The translations under genes and the position numbers were made by a program. The notes beneath the pieces are model-generated. The model had not been told where the DNA came from. It saw only the letters and a list, made by a program, of their open reading frames with translations, and did not search any database. This document shows, one piece after another, positions 12,336 through 22,941 of a stretch of DNA of 64,000 nt. Source of the DNA: Chiloscyllium plagiosum (lineage: Eukaryota); the NCBI RefSeq assembly GCF_004010195.1, contig NC_057719.1, forward strand, positions 68,624,622-68,688,621, given 5' to 3'. How positions within the stretch are numbered: the stretch's first letter is position 1; each line of letters begins with the position of its first letter.

Positions 12336-13202
12336 TGTGGACAGTTTAAGACAGGAATACTTAGTCAGCAGATGTGCTGCCATACGTAAATGGTGCAATT
12401 CTTTGAGCACTGTCCACAATATATTCACCCTTGCCCAGGTAAAAAGTAATGCCCAGAGAAAAGGACATTATTGGAAATGGGGCAGTTTAGTTGCAAGACA
12501 CCAGAGATGATTGTAACAAGGATGTCGCTGGAGGAATAGGTACTTATTTAGCAAAGTCCAGATTTAACTACCCAAGCACCAGCATATTATCAAATTAATA
12601 AATCAGATGACAGACCTCCATGCTTCAGGTGTGCTAGCATCTCTGATAAGCTGAAGTGTCACTGATACCCAGCGTCCATTATTTAAGCTTATTTATAATT
12701 CAAGCACAAGGATTTGAACATGGGCTGGATTTTTCAATTGAGTGACCAAATTTTCGAAAGTCACACGTGGGACACATTGAAAAGTGACAGGAAGCCATGG
12801 TTCCATGATTAATGATGCATTGGGTGACCAATGGCATGAGTTTACAAGGGTAGTTGATGTGGAAGGTCATGTTGTAATGTCTCCAGGAATACACCCAGCA
12901 AGAGTTGACACCTCTGCTCCTGTAGGTCACTGAAAGTAAGACCTCAGTATATGAAGCCTGTATGCACAAAGAGCTCTTAACAATTCCCAAAGGTCAAGTA
13001 AGTGGTGGTGGGTGTAAAGTTCTCATGTATTGCAATGCAATGTGCGAAGAGCAAGAATGAATTTTTTCACATATTTCCTCCCCACACCTAGTTTATAAAT
13101 TTGATAAATTTGACAAACATGTGAAAACTGGGACATTTGAACTAGCTATCAGGAATTATCTGGACTATTCCAACACTTGATGATCATGTACCAAGTATGA
13201 GA

Positions 13203-13315
13203 GCTCTTGTGGTGTAATGGCAGTCTCTCTACTTCTGGGACAAGAGGCTGGGTTCAAGTGCTATCTGCCCCAAAGGTATGTCCCATCACTTCTGAACAGG
13301 GTGACTGAAATATCT
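13203..13315 (+). mobile_element. Short tRNA-derived SINE (related to 62217-62325)
   Basis: A-box-like gtggtgtaatgg and B-box gggttcaagt. A similar copy lies at about 62217. Confidence 0.55.
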
Positions 13316-13324
13316 GTAGTTATA

Positions 13325-13950
13325 AAGTGTGGTGCTGGAAAAGCACAACATGTCAGGCAGCATCTGAGGAGCAGGAGAGTTGGTGTTTCAGGCATGTCTT
13401 TCATCTGGAATAATGAGGGCTGGGTGGGGGGTAAAGGTGATGAAAGATAAATAGGAGTGGGATGGAACTGGGGCGGTAGATAGCTTGGAAGGCAATAGAT
13501 GGATAAAGGTGTGGGGTGATGGTGATAAATTGGAGCGGAGGGATGGAGTGGATCGGGGAAGGAAGATGGACAGATAGTGCTGAGGGTAGTGCTGAGTTGG
13601 AGGGTTGGATCTGGGATAAGGTGGGGGGAAACTTCTCCCACGAGGAGGTTGAACAGTTCATCAACTTCACAAGCACCTTCCACCTTGACCTCAAGTTCAC
13701 CTGGATGATCTCGAACACCTCACTCCTTTTCCTGGATCTCTCTATGTCCATTTTTGGCAACGGACTCAACATGGACATCTACTTCAAACCCCCACTGACT
13801 CCCACAGCTACCTGGACTACACCTCCTCCCACTCTCTGTTCCTGTAAAAACACTAGCCCTTAGTCTCAATTCCTCTCGCTCCGCTGTATTTGCTCCTAGG
13901 AGGACCAATCCCACTCCAGAACATCCCAGATGGCCTCCTACTTCAAGGAA
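13325..13950. mobile_element. Penelope-like element with inverted junction (minus 3' end joined to plus RT segment)
   Basis: 13325-13632 is the reverse of a PLE 3' terminus. 13632-13950 encodes SHEEVEQFINFTSTFHLDLKFTWMISNTSLLFLDLS..DIYFKP (PLE RT C-terminus). Confidence 0.85.
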
Positions 13951-13954
13951 ACTT

Positions 13955-16629
13955 AAAAATATAAACCATAAGTATTAAGTTAGCCTGGAGCAGAGTTTTG
14001 TAGAGGAATAAGACAGTACTGTTTTCTGGGTCTGTAGATTGAAAGAAGCAAAAATGGCTTTTAGTAGAGTGATATGCTCTTCTTGTTGGATGTGGGAGTT
14101 TAAAGAGAGTTTACGGGTTACTGAGGATTATATCTGCAATAAATATCGTTAGTTGCGAATCCTATCAGATTGAATGGATCGGTTGGAGAGGCAGTTAGAG
14201 GCAATGAGGAATTTATAAGAGCAAGGGGATGTGATGGATGGCAGTTATAGGAAGGGGGGAAATTCTCAGATACAGTCACATTGATGGGTTAACTCCAGAA
14301 AAGGTAAGAGAGATAGGCAAATAATGCAGGAGTCTTCTGTGGCTATCCCCATTTCAAACAAGTATGCTGTTTTGGAAAATGTAGGGGTGATGGATTCTCA
14401 GGGGAATGTAGCACAAACAACCAAGTTTCTGGTATTGAGACTGGCTCTAATGCAATGAGGGGTAAGTCGTGTTCCAAGAGATCAATTGTGTTCGGGGACT
14501 CTCTAGTCCGAAGTACAGACAGACAGAGACGTTTCTATGGACAGCAGCCAGCAATGAACATTCAGAATGGTGTGTTGCCTCCCTGGTATCAAGATCAAGA
14601 TGTCTCAGAGAAGGCGCAAAATGTTCTCAAGGGACTGAGGGACCAGCAGGAGGTCATTGTACACATTGGAAGTTAGGGAGTGTGATGGATGGCAGTTATA
14701 GGAATGGAGAAAAAACGCAGACACAGTCAAGTAGATAGGTTGCCGCCAGAAAAGGTAGGAGAGGGAGACAGGTAGTGCAGAAGTTACCTATGGCTATCCC
14801 CATTTCAAACATGTACACTGCTTTGGAAAATGTAGGGGGTGATGGATTTGAAGGGAAATGTATCCCTGACTTATACAAAAAACGTTGATTCTCCTGCTCC
14901 TCGGATGCTGCCTAACCTGCTGTCCTTTTCCACCACTGCACTCTCAACTCTGATCACCAGCATCTGCAATCCTCACTTTCTCCCTGTAGCACGAACAGCC
15001 AAGTTTCTGGTACCAAGACTGGCTCTAATGTAATGAGGAGTACGTCAGGCTCCAAGCAATATAGATTGTGATAGGGGACACTGTAGTCAGAGGCACAGAC
15101 AGACGTTTCTGCGGCCAGAGAGAAATCAGAATGATATGTTGCCTCCCTTGTGCCAGGATCAAGGAGATATCAGAGAGAGTGCAGAATATTCTCAATAGGG
15201 TAGTGGAACCAGCAGGTTGATGTACATATTGGAACTAACAACAGAGAAAGTAAAAAGAATGAGATTCTGAAGGCAGAGTATAGGAGGTTAGGCAGGAATT
15301 TAAAAAGAAGGTCCTCGAGGGTAGCAATATCTGGATTATTCTTGCTGCTACAAGCTAGTGAGGGTAGGAATAGGAAGATAGAGCAGATGAATGAGCGGCT
15401 GAGAAGCTGGTGCAGGGAAGAAGGGTTCACATTGAAATCTTTTCTGGGGTAGAAGTGACCTATATAAGATGGGTAGATAGCACCTGAATTGGAAGGAGAG
15501 TAAGGTATGAGAGGGAGAGTTGCTACAGCTGCCTAAACTCGTAATTAGGGGTGGGGGGTGGAGGAAGAAGAGGCACACCCAGGAAGATACTGAGGAAAGC
15601 AATCAATCTGAGACTGATACAGTTACAAAAGGTACAAAGCAGAGAATGAGGTAAATTAAACTGCATTTATTTCAATGTAAGAGGCTGAACAGGGAAGGCA
15701 GATGAACTCAGGGCATGGTTAGAAACATGGGACTGGGATACAGATTACCTCCAAAATTGGAGGTGTAGTGGACAGCGAAGAGGGTTACCTCAGATTACAA
15801 AGGGATTTTGATCAGATGTGCCAATGGGCTAAGAAGTGGCAGATGGAGTTTAATTTAGATAAATGCAAGGTGCTGCATTTTGGGAAAGCACATCTTAGCA
15901 GGACTTAAACACTTATTGGTAAAGTCCTGGGGAGTGTTGGTGAACAAAGAGACCTTGATTCACAGCTCCTTGAAAGTAGAGTCACAGGTAGATAGGTTAG
16001 TGAAGAAGGAATTTGGTATGCTTTCCTTTATTAGTCAGAGTATTGAGTACAGAAGTTGGGAGGTCATGTTGCAGCTGCAAAGGACATTGGTTCGGCCACA
16101 TTTGGAATATTGCGTACAATTCTCGTCTCCTTTCTATTGGAAAGATGTTGTGAAACTTGAAAGGGTTGAGAAAAAATTTACAAGGATGTTGCCAGGGTTT
16201 GAGGATTTGAGCTATAGGGAGAGGTTGAATAGGCTAGGGCTGTTTTCCCTGGAGCGTTGGAGGCTGAGGGGTGACCTTGGTGAAATTTATAAAATCATGA
16301 GGGGCATGGATAGGATAAATAGACAAAGACTCTTCCCTGGGGTAGGGGAATCCAGAACTAGTGGGCACAGGTTTTGGGTGAGAAGGGAAAGATATAAAAG
16401 AGACCTAAGGGCCAACACTTTCATACAGAGGGTGGTACATGTATGGAATGAGCTGCCAGAGGAAGTGGTAGAGGCTAGTACAATTACAACATTTAAAAGG
16501 CATCTGGATGGGTATATGAATAGGAAGGGTTTGGAGGGATATGGACCAGGTGCTGGCAGGTGTGACGAGACTGGGTTGGGTTATCTGGTTGGATCGAAGG
16601 GTCTGTTTCCATGCTGCACATCTCTATGA
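13955..16629 (+). mobile_element. CR1 LINE with ORF1 (zinc finger/coiled coil plus SGNH esterase), internally duplicated and internally deleted
   Basis: ATG at 14054 gives MAFSRVICSSCWMWE...YICNK, followed by GDS motif IVFGDSLVR and VIVHIG. ORF2 start LNCIYFNVRG at about 15656 jumps at about 15742 to KIGGVVDSEEGYLRLQRD, then the ORF2 C-terminus and tail. Confidence 0.9.
14871..14985 (+). mobile_element. Short PLE-derived insert within CR1 ORF1
   Basis: tccctga...aacgttgattctcctgctcctcggatgctgcc...ctcactttctcc interrupts gggaaatgta|gcacgaac. Confidence 0.75.
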
Positions 16630-17602
16630 ACACAATTTCCCCTTCCATGTGATGAACTAATGCCCTCCAGCATATATCCTCCACTTCATGTACCTCCGCA
16701 CTTGAACACCACCCCTCCAACCACAACAAGGACAGAACACCCGGTTCTTACCTTCCATCTCATCAACCTCCAGATACAACGCATCATCCTCCACCATCTA
16801 AAATCAGACCTCACCACCAGAGATATATTTCCTCCCCACCCCTATCAGCATTTCGCAGAGACCATTCCATCCGTGACTCACTCGTTGGGTCCATGTACCA
16901 ACCCACCCTCCACTCTTGGCACTTTCCTTTGCCTCCGCAAAACCTGTGCACACACCTCCCTGCTCATCTCCATCCAAGACCCCTAAGTATCCTTCCACGT
17001 CCAGCACAGATTTTCCTGCACCTCATCTACTGTGTGCTTTGCTCTTGCTGTAGTCTCTTCTACATTGGGAGTCAGGACGCCAACTTGTGAAACGTTTCAA
17101 AAAACATCTCCGGGACATACATACCAAACAACTCCACCGCCCTGTGGCCGACCACTTCAACACCCCCTCCCACTCCACGAACGACATGTAAGTCCTGGGC
17201 CTCCTCCGCCACCAAACCCTTGCCACCTGACGCCTGGAGGAAGGCCGCCTCATCTTCCGCCTTGGGACCCTCCAACCACAAGGCATCAACATTGATTTCA
17301 CTAGTTTTCTCATTTCTCCTTCCCCCACCTTATCCCAGATCCAACCGTCCAATTTGGCACCACCCTCTTGAACTGTCCTACCTGTCCATCTTCCTTCCCA
17401 CCTATCTGCTCCACCCTCTACATTCCCAGCTACCTTCCTCTCAGCTCCATCCCCTCACTTATCTCTCAGATCCCTTGAGCATTCCTGATGAAGGGCTTAT
17501 GCTCGAAACGTTGACTCTCTTGTGCCTCAGATGCTGCCAGACTGGCTGTGCTTTTCCAGCACCACACGTTTTGACTCTGATCTGCAGTCCTCACTTTCTT
17601 CC
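16630..17602 (+). mobile_element. Penelope-like element 3' part (GIY-YIG endonuclease plus hammerhead-bearing terminus)
   Basis: IYCVLCSCCSLFYIG..GRQLVKRFQKHL. Terminus contains CTGATGA (17485) agggcttatgctc GAAAcgtt. Confidence 0.9.
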
Positions 17603-17778
17603 AGCTGAAATATCTGCAGGATGAATGATGGGGTCATTAAGGATAAATGCCATTAAGCCACTATATATAAAAATATATTATAGACACATGTCTTGAACGT
17701 CACTGTAATAATAAATGTAGTATTGCCATTCTATTGCTGAGTGCTCGCCAATTTCATTTCCCCTTCTGATTTTTTTTT

Positions 17779-18186
17779 NNNNNNNNNNNNNNNNNNNNNN
17801 NNNNNNNNNNNNNNNNNNNNNNNNNNNNNNNNNNNNNNNNNNNNNNNNNNNNNNNNNNNNNNNNNNNNNNNNNNNNNNNNNNNNNNNNNNNNNNNNNNNN
17901 NNNNNNNNNNNNNNNNNNNNNNNNNNNNNNNNNNNNNNNNNNNNNNNNNNNNNNNNNNNNNNNNNNNNNNNNNNNNNNNNNNNNNNNNNNNNNNNNNNNN
18001 NNNNNNNNNNNNNNNNNNNNNNNNNNNNNNNNNNNNNNNNNNNNNNNNNNNNNNNNNNNNNNNNNNNNNNNNNNNNNNNNNNNNNNNNNNNNNNNNNNNN
18101 NNNNNNNNNNNNNNNNNNNNNNNNNNNNNNNNNNNNNNNNNNNNNNNNNNNNNNNNNNNNNNNNNNNNNNNNNNNNNNNNNNNNNN
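17779..18186. other. Assembly gap (408 N)
   Basis: Run of n from 17779 to 18186. Confidence 1.
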
Positions 18187-18430
18187 TAGAGAAGGAGGGA
18201 GAGAGAAGGGGAAAGAGGGAAGGGGAGAGGGGAAACAAAAGGGAGAGAGAGCGAACGGGAAGGAGAAAAAAGAAAGTGGAAAAAGTTAGAGGGAAACAAA
18301 AGGCACAGAAAGTTAAGGAGGAGGGGGAGAGAGTAATATATTTTTGAGAGGAGAAGGGGCCAGAAAGAGAGGGAATAGCTGGAAGAAAAAGAGGATGGAT
18401 AGATAGGAGAGGTGACCAATAGAGGGAAAC
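18187..18430 (+). repeat. Purine-rich low-complexity (GA-rich) tract
   Basis: Almost entirely A/G, directly after the gap. Confidence 0.85.
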
Positions 18431-18529
18431 TAGGAGCAGACTGGGTCTAGATTAGGTAGACACTCAGACAGAGCTTGAATTTCTTACTGATCTTGAAAAC
18501 CCCACATGACTTACTCCCTTCTGAACAAA

Positions 18530-18552
18530 ATGAAAGTAGTTGCTTTAATAAG
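18530..18552 (+). CDS. DPH6: DPH6 coding exon 1 (MKVVALI-S, 23 nt)
   Basis: ATG AAA GTA GTT GCT TTA ATA AG followed by donor gtaaat at 18553. The split codon AG|T joins exon 2 to give SGGKDS. Matches the remembered DPH6 N-terminus (M-K/R-V-x-A-L-I-S). Confidence 0.88.
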
Positions 18553-19489
18553 GTAAATTACCTCCAAAACAGCAATAGTTGTTCTTAGAACTAAAATGCT
18601 GTTGCCTTGTGTTCCTGATTTGTGGAATTAACTATCTGCATACTCATTGCCATACCTGGCTGGCTTGATCACATCAAGCAATGTTGGGCTCAATCGGTCT
18701 GTCAAAAATCACTCATTATTCCAAAATTTAGTTCTGGAATGTAATCCCTTTCCTTCAAAACTATATCCCTCCATTGTCCCAAATGTTGTCTTCTACAAGT
18801 GTAATGAGTTCATGGGCTTCTTGCTAAGAAGCTTGAGATAATCTGTTTTGCATTTCTTAAACAAAGTGTCATTTTTAAAATTTCTCTGGTCTTCCATCAT
18901 GACAGCTTTTGACCCCATTCCCATGAAACTTGCTGTTTGCTCGGTTTCTCCTAGTAGCCTGCATGTCAGCCAATTATTGCAATCAGAACCCTCTTTCCAA
19001 GCAATGTTTGCCTCCGTTTCAGAACCATTGTCCTCATATCTCAGTCCACTTTAGTTCTTGCAAAGCATCACTTCATCTCCAATCTGTCATTCCCCTTCTT
19101 GAAGGTGTTTCTTCTTTTACAGCTCCTGTCCACCTTTCTCATAGCTGAATATCCGATAAAGTTTCTTCCTTTGGCACTACTGATACAGCTGCAATTAAAG
19201 TTAAAAATGGCATCCTCTGTAGAGGATTATTACTTCTCATCTGTCTTAACTTTTTGACACTTCACATGTTGGTAACTGTAATTTTTGCTTCTAAGTCTTT
19301 GCTATCCAATTCATTGGAATGATCTTCACTTTTGCTAATCTTGTTACATTCAGAATATTACCAGTGATGAGTTCTGTTCCTAGATTGGTACCATGACCTC
19401 TAGGGTACACCGAACCTCCTCTTGATTTATCCTCTTCCTCACATGTGCTGAACATGGGGGTGACATCATAGCAAACATAGAATCAGTTT

Positions 19490-20140
19490 CCATGTGTGCT
19501 CAAATAACTCAACTCCACCCCTCTAATTTCTCCATTGTCAAACTGTACACATCTGGTTCTCAATGAAGCTCAATTTCCTCCAGTTAAACATTGAGAAGAT
19601 GAAAGTCTTTGACGCCTGTCACAAACTATTCCTTTACCACCAGTTCCAACCCTTTTGCTAATCACTGCCTTGGGTTTGATTGTTTGTTGTCTTGGTATCC
19701 ACTTTGATCCTTTGGAGATGAGCTTACAAACCTGCATGCATTTCATCATAAAGACGGCATACTTTCACCTATAACATAATTACTACCTGTGCTTAACCCC
19801 ATCTATTTCTGAAACTTTGCCCAAACAGTCTGTTGAAATCTTACCCATAGCTTTAGCATTTTCAGTTGACAATTCCAATTCTGTTGTTGCTGTCCTGAGC
19901 TTCATCCTCCAACCTGACCAAGTTGCCCCTCTGCTGTTTTTCTCATCAATCACCTCTGTGCTTGTTGGTTACTGTTAGATCCCAGTCTCCTTCTGATTCA
20001 AATTTAAAACTCCAATCCTCATGTTCACCTCTCTCCATGGTGTCCCCTTTTCTATCTCTTTGGCCCAACGATGATTTGAAAACTTAGTCTTCCTTCAATT
20101 GTGCCCTTTTATACAACCTGAAAATTTCTTTATCCCACGA
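19490..20140 (+). mobile_element. Old L2-type LINE RT C-terminal fragment
   Basis: FLQLNIEK, LG..FDP, KTAYFHL motifs. Confidence 0.65.
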
Positions 20141-20144
20141 ATTC

Positions 20145-20672
20145 TGTGTTCAGTCCTGGTCTCCCTCCTAATGGAAGGATGTTATGAAATTTGAAAGGGT
20201 TCAGAAAAGATTTACAAGGATCTTGCCAGGGTTGGAGGGTTTGAGCTACAGGGAGAAGCTGAACAGATTGGGGCTATTTTCCCTGGAGTGTGGGAGGCTA
20301 AGGGGTGACCTTGGAGAGGTTTATAAAATCATGAGGGGCATGGATAGGGTAAATCGACAAGGTCTTTTCCCTGGGGTGGGGGAGTCCAAAGCGAGAGGGC
20401 ATAGGTCTTAGGTGAGAGATAAAAGATTTAAAAGGGACCTAAGGGGTAACTTTTTCACACAGAGGGTGGTTGTGTGTTTGGCATGAATTGTCAAAAGTAA
20501 AGTGGTGGAGGGTGGTACAATTACAACATTTAACAGGCATTTAGATGGGTACATGAATAGGAAGGGTTTAGCGGGATATGGGCTAAATGCTGGCAAGTAG
20601 GACTAGATTATTTAGGCATGGACGAGTTGGACCAAATGGTCTGTTTCCATGCAGTATATCTCTGTGACACTC
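20145..20672 (+). mobile_element. CR1 LINE 3' end
   Basis: FERVQKRFTRILPGLEGLSYREKLNRLGLFSLE..LRGDL. Confidence 0.92.
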
Positions 20673-21053
20673 TGAATGGCAATTATTTTTGAGCTTTTGA
20701 CTCGAGTTCCTTTTCAAAATTATTCTACGCCCTTTGAGAATTTAATTCACTGTTAGTAACCCCTCTTAATGCTACATTGTTTGGCCCAGTGTTACTTTTT
20801 ATCACATGATACTTTACTAAAGTGCCTTGAAATCTTTCTAAATTCATTAAAGGCATTGTATAAATGCTAATTGTGGATACTGACGTTTGTATTAGCTTAT
20901 AAGTATTTGGCAAGGGATTGAGCTAAAGTCATGTTTTGTTTAATCTGAGCTGAAATGCTTCCATTTATAATTGAATGTGTAGAGATAATGGTAAAGAAGT
21001 GCCTATGGGCTTTTCTTACAGAAAATAAATAGATTTTAATTTTCTCTTTGTAG

Positions 21054-21148
21054 TGGTGGAAAGGACAGCTGTTACAATATGATGCAGTGTGTAGCAGCTG
21101 GACATGAAGTGGTGGCATTAGCTAATTTAAGACCTGCTCAACACAAAG
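21054..21148 (+). CDS. DPH6: DPH6 coding exon 2 (S-GGKDSCYNMMQCVAAGHEVVALANLRPAQHK, 95 nt)
   Basis: Polypyrimidine tract ending tag at 21053 and donor gtaag at 21149. PP-loop SGGKDS plus ALANLRP are typical of DPH6/ATPBD4. Confidence 0.96.
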
Positions 21149-21410
21149 GTAAGCCTTTCCTATCTATACAATATTCACCCTTTTTTCCCCCATATTGCCT
21201 GAACTTTCGAGCTTGCCATAGAAGATCAATGTATATGCTACACAACTTTGTATGTCGTATTCTCCGAGCAAATAGACTGGAGTGTGTGAATCCATTGCAA
21301 GGCCTGTTGTTAATGTCCTTCATGGATAAAGTTTGAAAATGTAGACTGCAGGTGGTGTGAATTGTTCACAAGTACAATCACTCTACTTGAAGTGGAATTA
21401 CAATTTTTTT

Positions 21411-21670
21411 ATTAGAATCCCTACAGTGTGGAAACAGGCCGTTCTGCCCAACGAGTCCACACTGACCCTCTGGGGAGCAACCCGCCCTACCCTATATTTA
21501 CCACTAACTAATGTGTCTAACTTGTGCATCTTTCGACTGTGGGAGGAAACTGGAACACCCGGAGGAGAATGTGCAAACTCCACACAAACAGTTGCCTGAG
21601 GCTGGAATCGAACCCAGGTCCTTGGCGCTGTGAGGCAGCAGCGCTAATCACTGAGCCACCTTGCCACCCT
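21411..21670 (-). mobile_element. HE1-like SINE
   Basis: Reverse of head, V-domain and tail. Confidence 0.88.
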
Positions 21671-22096
21671 ATGTAGTGATCTATCCCAATGTTCTCAACC
21701 TGGAACTGCTGCAGTCAACACGCAATAGCCATATTTCAAATTGTTCCCAGCTGCATTGTTACTGCACTGGTCTGTCTTATCCAAATAAAATAGGACAAAT
21801 CTAATGTGACGAATTACTATTCTGTCAGCTCCTTTCAATTAGAAGCAAAGAGGTAGGAAGACTCATCAACAACATGTCAAATAATACTTCCTCAACCTCA
21901 TTGATGCTTATTATGGATTCTGCCAGCACCATTTAACTTATCTCAACCTTGGTCTAAACTACAACTTGCACATGTAGACTGGTCTTGAATCAGGAGAAAG
22001 ATGTTTAATAAGAAAAAAAAAGAAAGAAATATTCATGCTAAATGACCAGTGATATCAGGATAGATAACTAAAAGTTTGAAGATTTAGTCAAAGAAC

Positions 22097-22362
22097 AGCG
22101 CCAGAGACCTGGGTTCAATTCCCGCCTCAGGCAACTGTCTGTGTGGAGTTTGCACACTCTCCCCGTGTCTGCGTGGGTTTCCTCCGAGTGCCCCGGTTTC
22201 CGTCCACACTCCAAAAATGTGCAGGTTAGGTGAATTGGCCGTGCTAAATTGCCTGTAGTGTTAGGTGTAGGGGAATGGGTCTGGGTGGGTTGCTCTTCGG
22301 AGGGTCAGTGTGGACTTGTTGGGTTGAAGGGCCTGTGTCCACACTGTAAGTAACCTAATCTA
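22097..22362 (+). mobile_element. HE1-like SINE, 5'-truncated
   Basis: cagcgccagagacctgggttcaattcc...V-domain...taatcta tail. Confidence 0.9.
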
Positions 22363-22794
22363 GTTATGCATTAGGTACATATTAAAGTGCATTCTGGGGA
22401 GGCGAGGAGGGAGAGACTTCTGGAGCTTTGGGCCAAGGCAAGCAAAATTATGGTCTCCAAAGCTGGAGGAAATAAAGGAATTGGAGGAATACCGAGATCT
22501 TTAAAGCTTCTAGCCCTGCAACAGGTTGCTTAGTTAGGATAGGGCTGGCCATGGAGGCTTTGGAAATCAGACAAGAAATTTAAAATGTTGAAATTGTCAG
22601 ACTGAAAGTCATTGTAGTATAGCAAGCACAGGGCCAGTGAGTGAACAAGGCTTCGTGTCAGTTTAGGTATGGATGATAGAGTTTTGACGTGCATGAGTTT
22701 AAGCAGATTGGAAGATGGACTAGTTGGATTGAAGGGTCTGTTTCTGTGGTTTATGACTCAATGTGAAGTCTGTCTAGGACAGCTACAGAATAGT

Positions 22795-22941
22795 GAGCAG
22801 TTCTGAGGAAGGGTCACTGGACCTGAAATGTTAATTCTGATTTCTCTTCACAGATGCTGCCAGACCTGCTGAACTTTTGCAGCAACTTCTGTTTTAGTTT
22901 CTGATTTACAGCATTCACAGTTCTTTCAACTTTTTTAAAGG
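22795..22941 (+). mobile_element. Short PLE-derived element with hammerhead-like core
   Basis: ctgaggaagggtcactggacctgaaatgtta...; TSD cagaatagt at 22786-22794 and 22942-22950. Confidence 0.8.

Noticed and set aside
12360..13010. Possible further Harbinger-related sequence (gggctggattttt resembles a terminal repeat)
   Set aside because: No convincing transposase motif or partner inverted repeat was found.
15880..16629. 249-aa ORF (and the 241-aa ORF at 48699) as functional proteins
   Set aside because: C-terminal pieces of disrupted CR1 ORF2 copies.
17678..18419. Long ORFs in the track (186, 182, 221 aa)
   Set aside because: Artefacts of translating through the N gap.
21149..21336. Read-through of the track ORFs past the DPH6 donors (also 28166-28309)
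   Set aside because: Similarity to DPH6 stops at canonical GT donors; the extensions are intronic.
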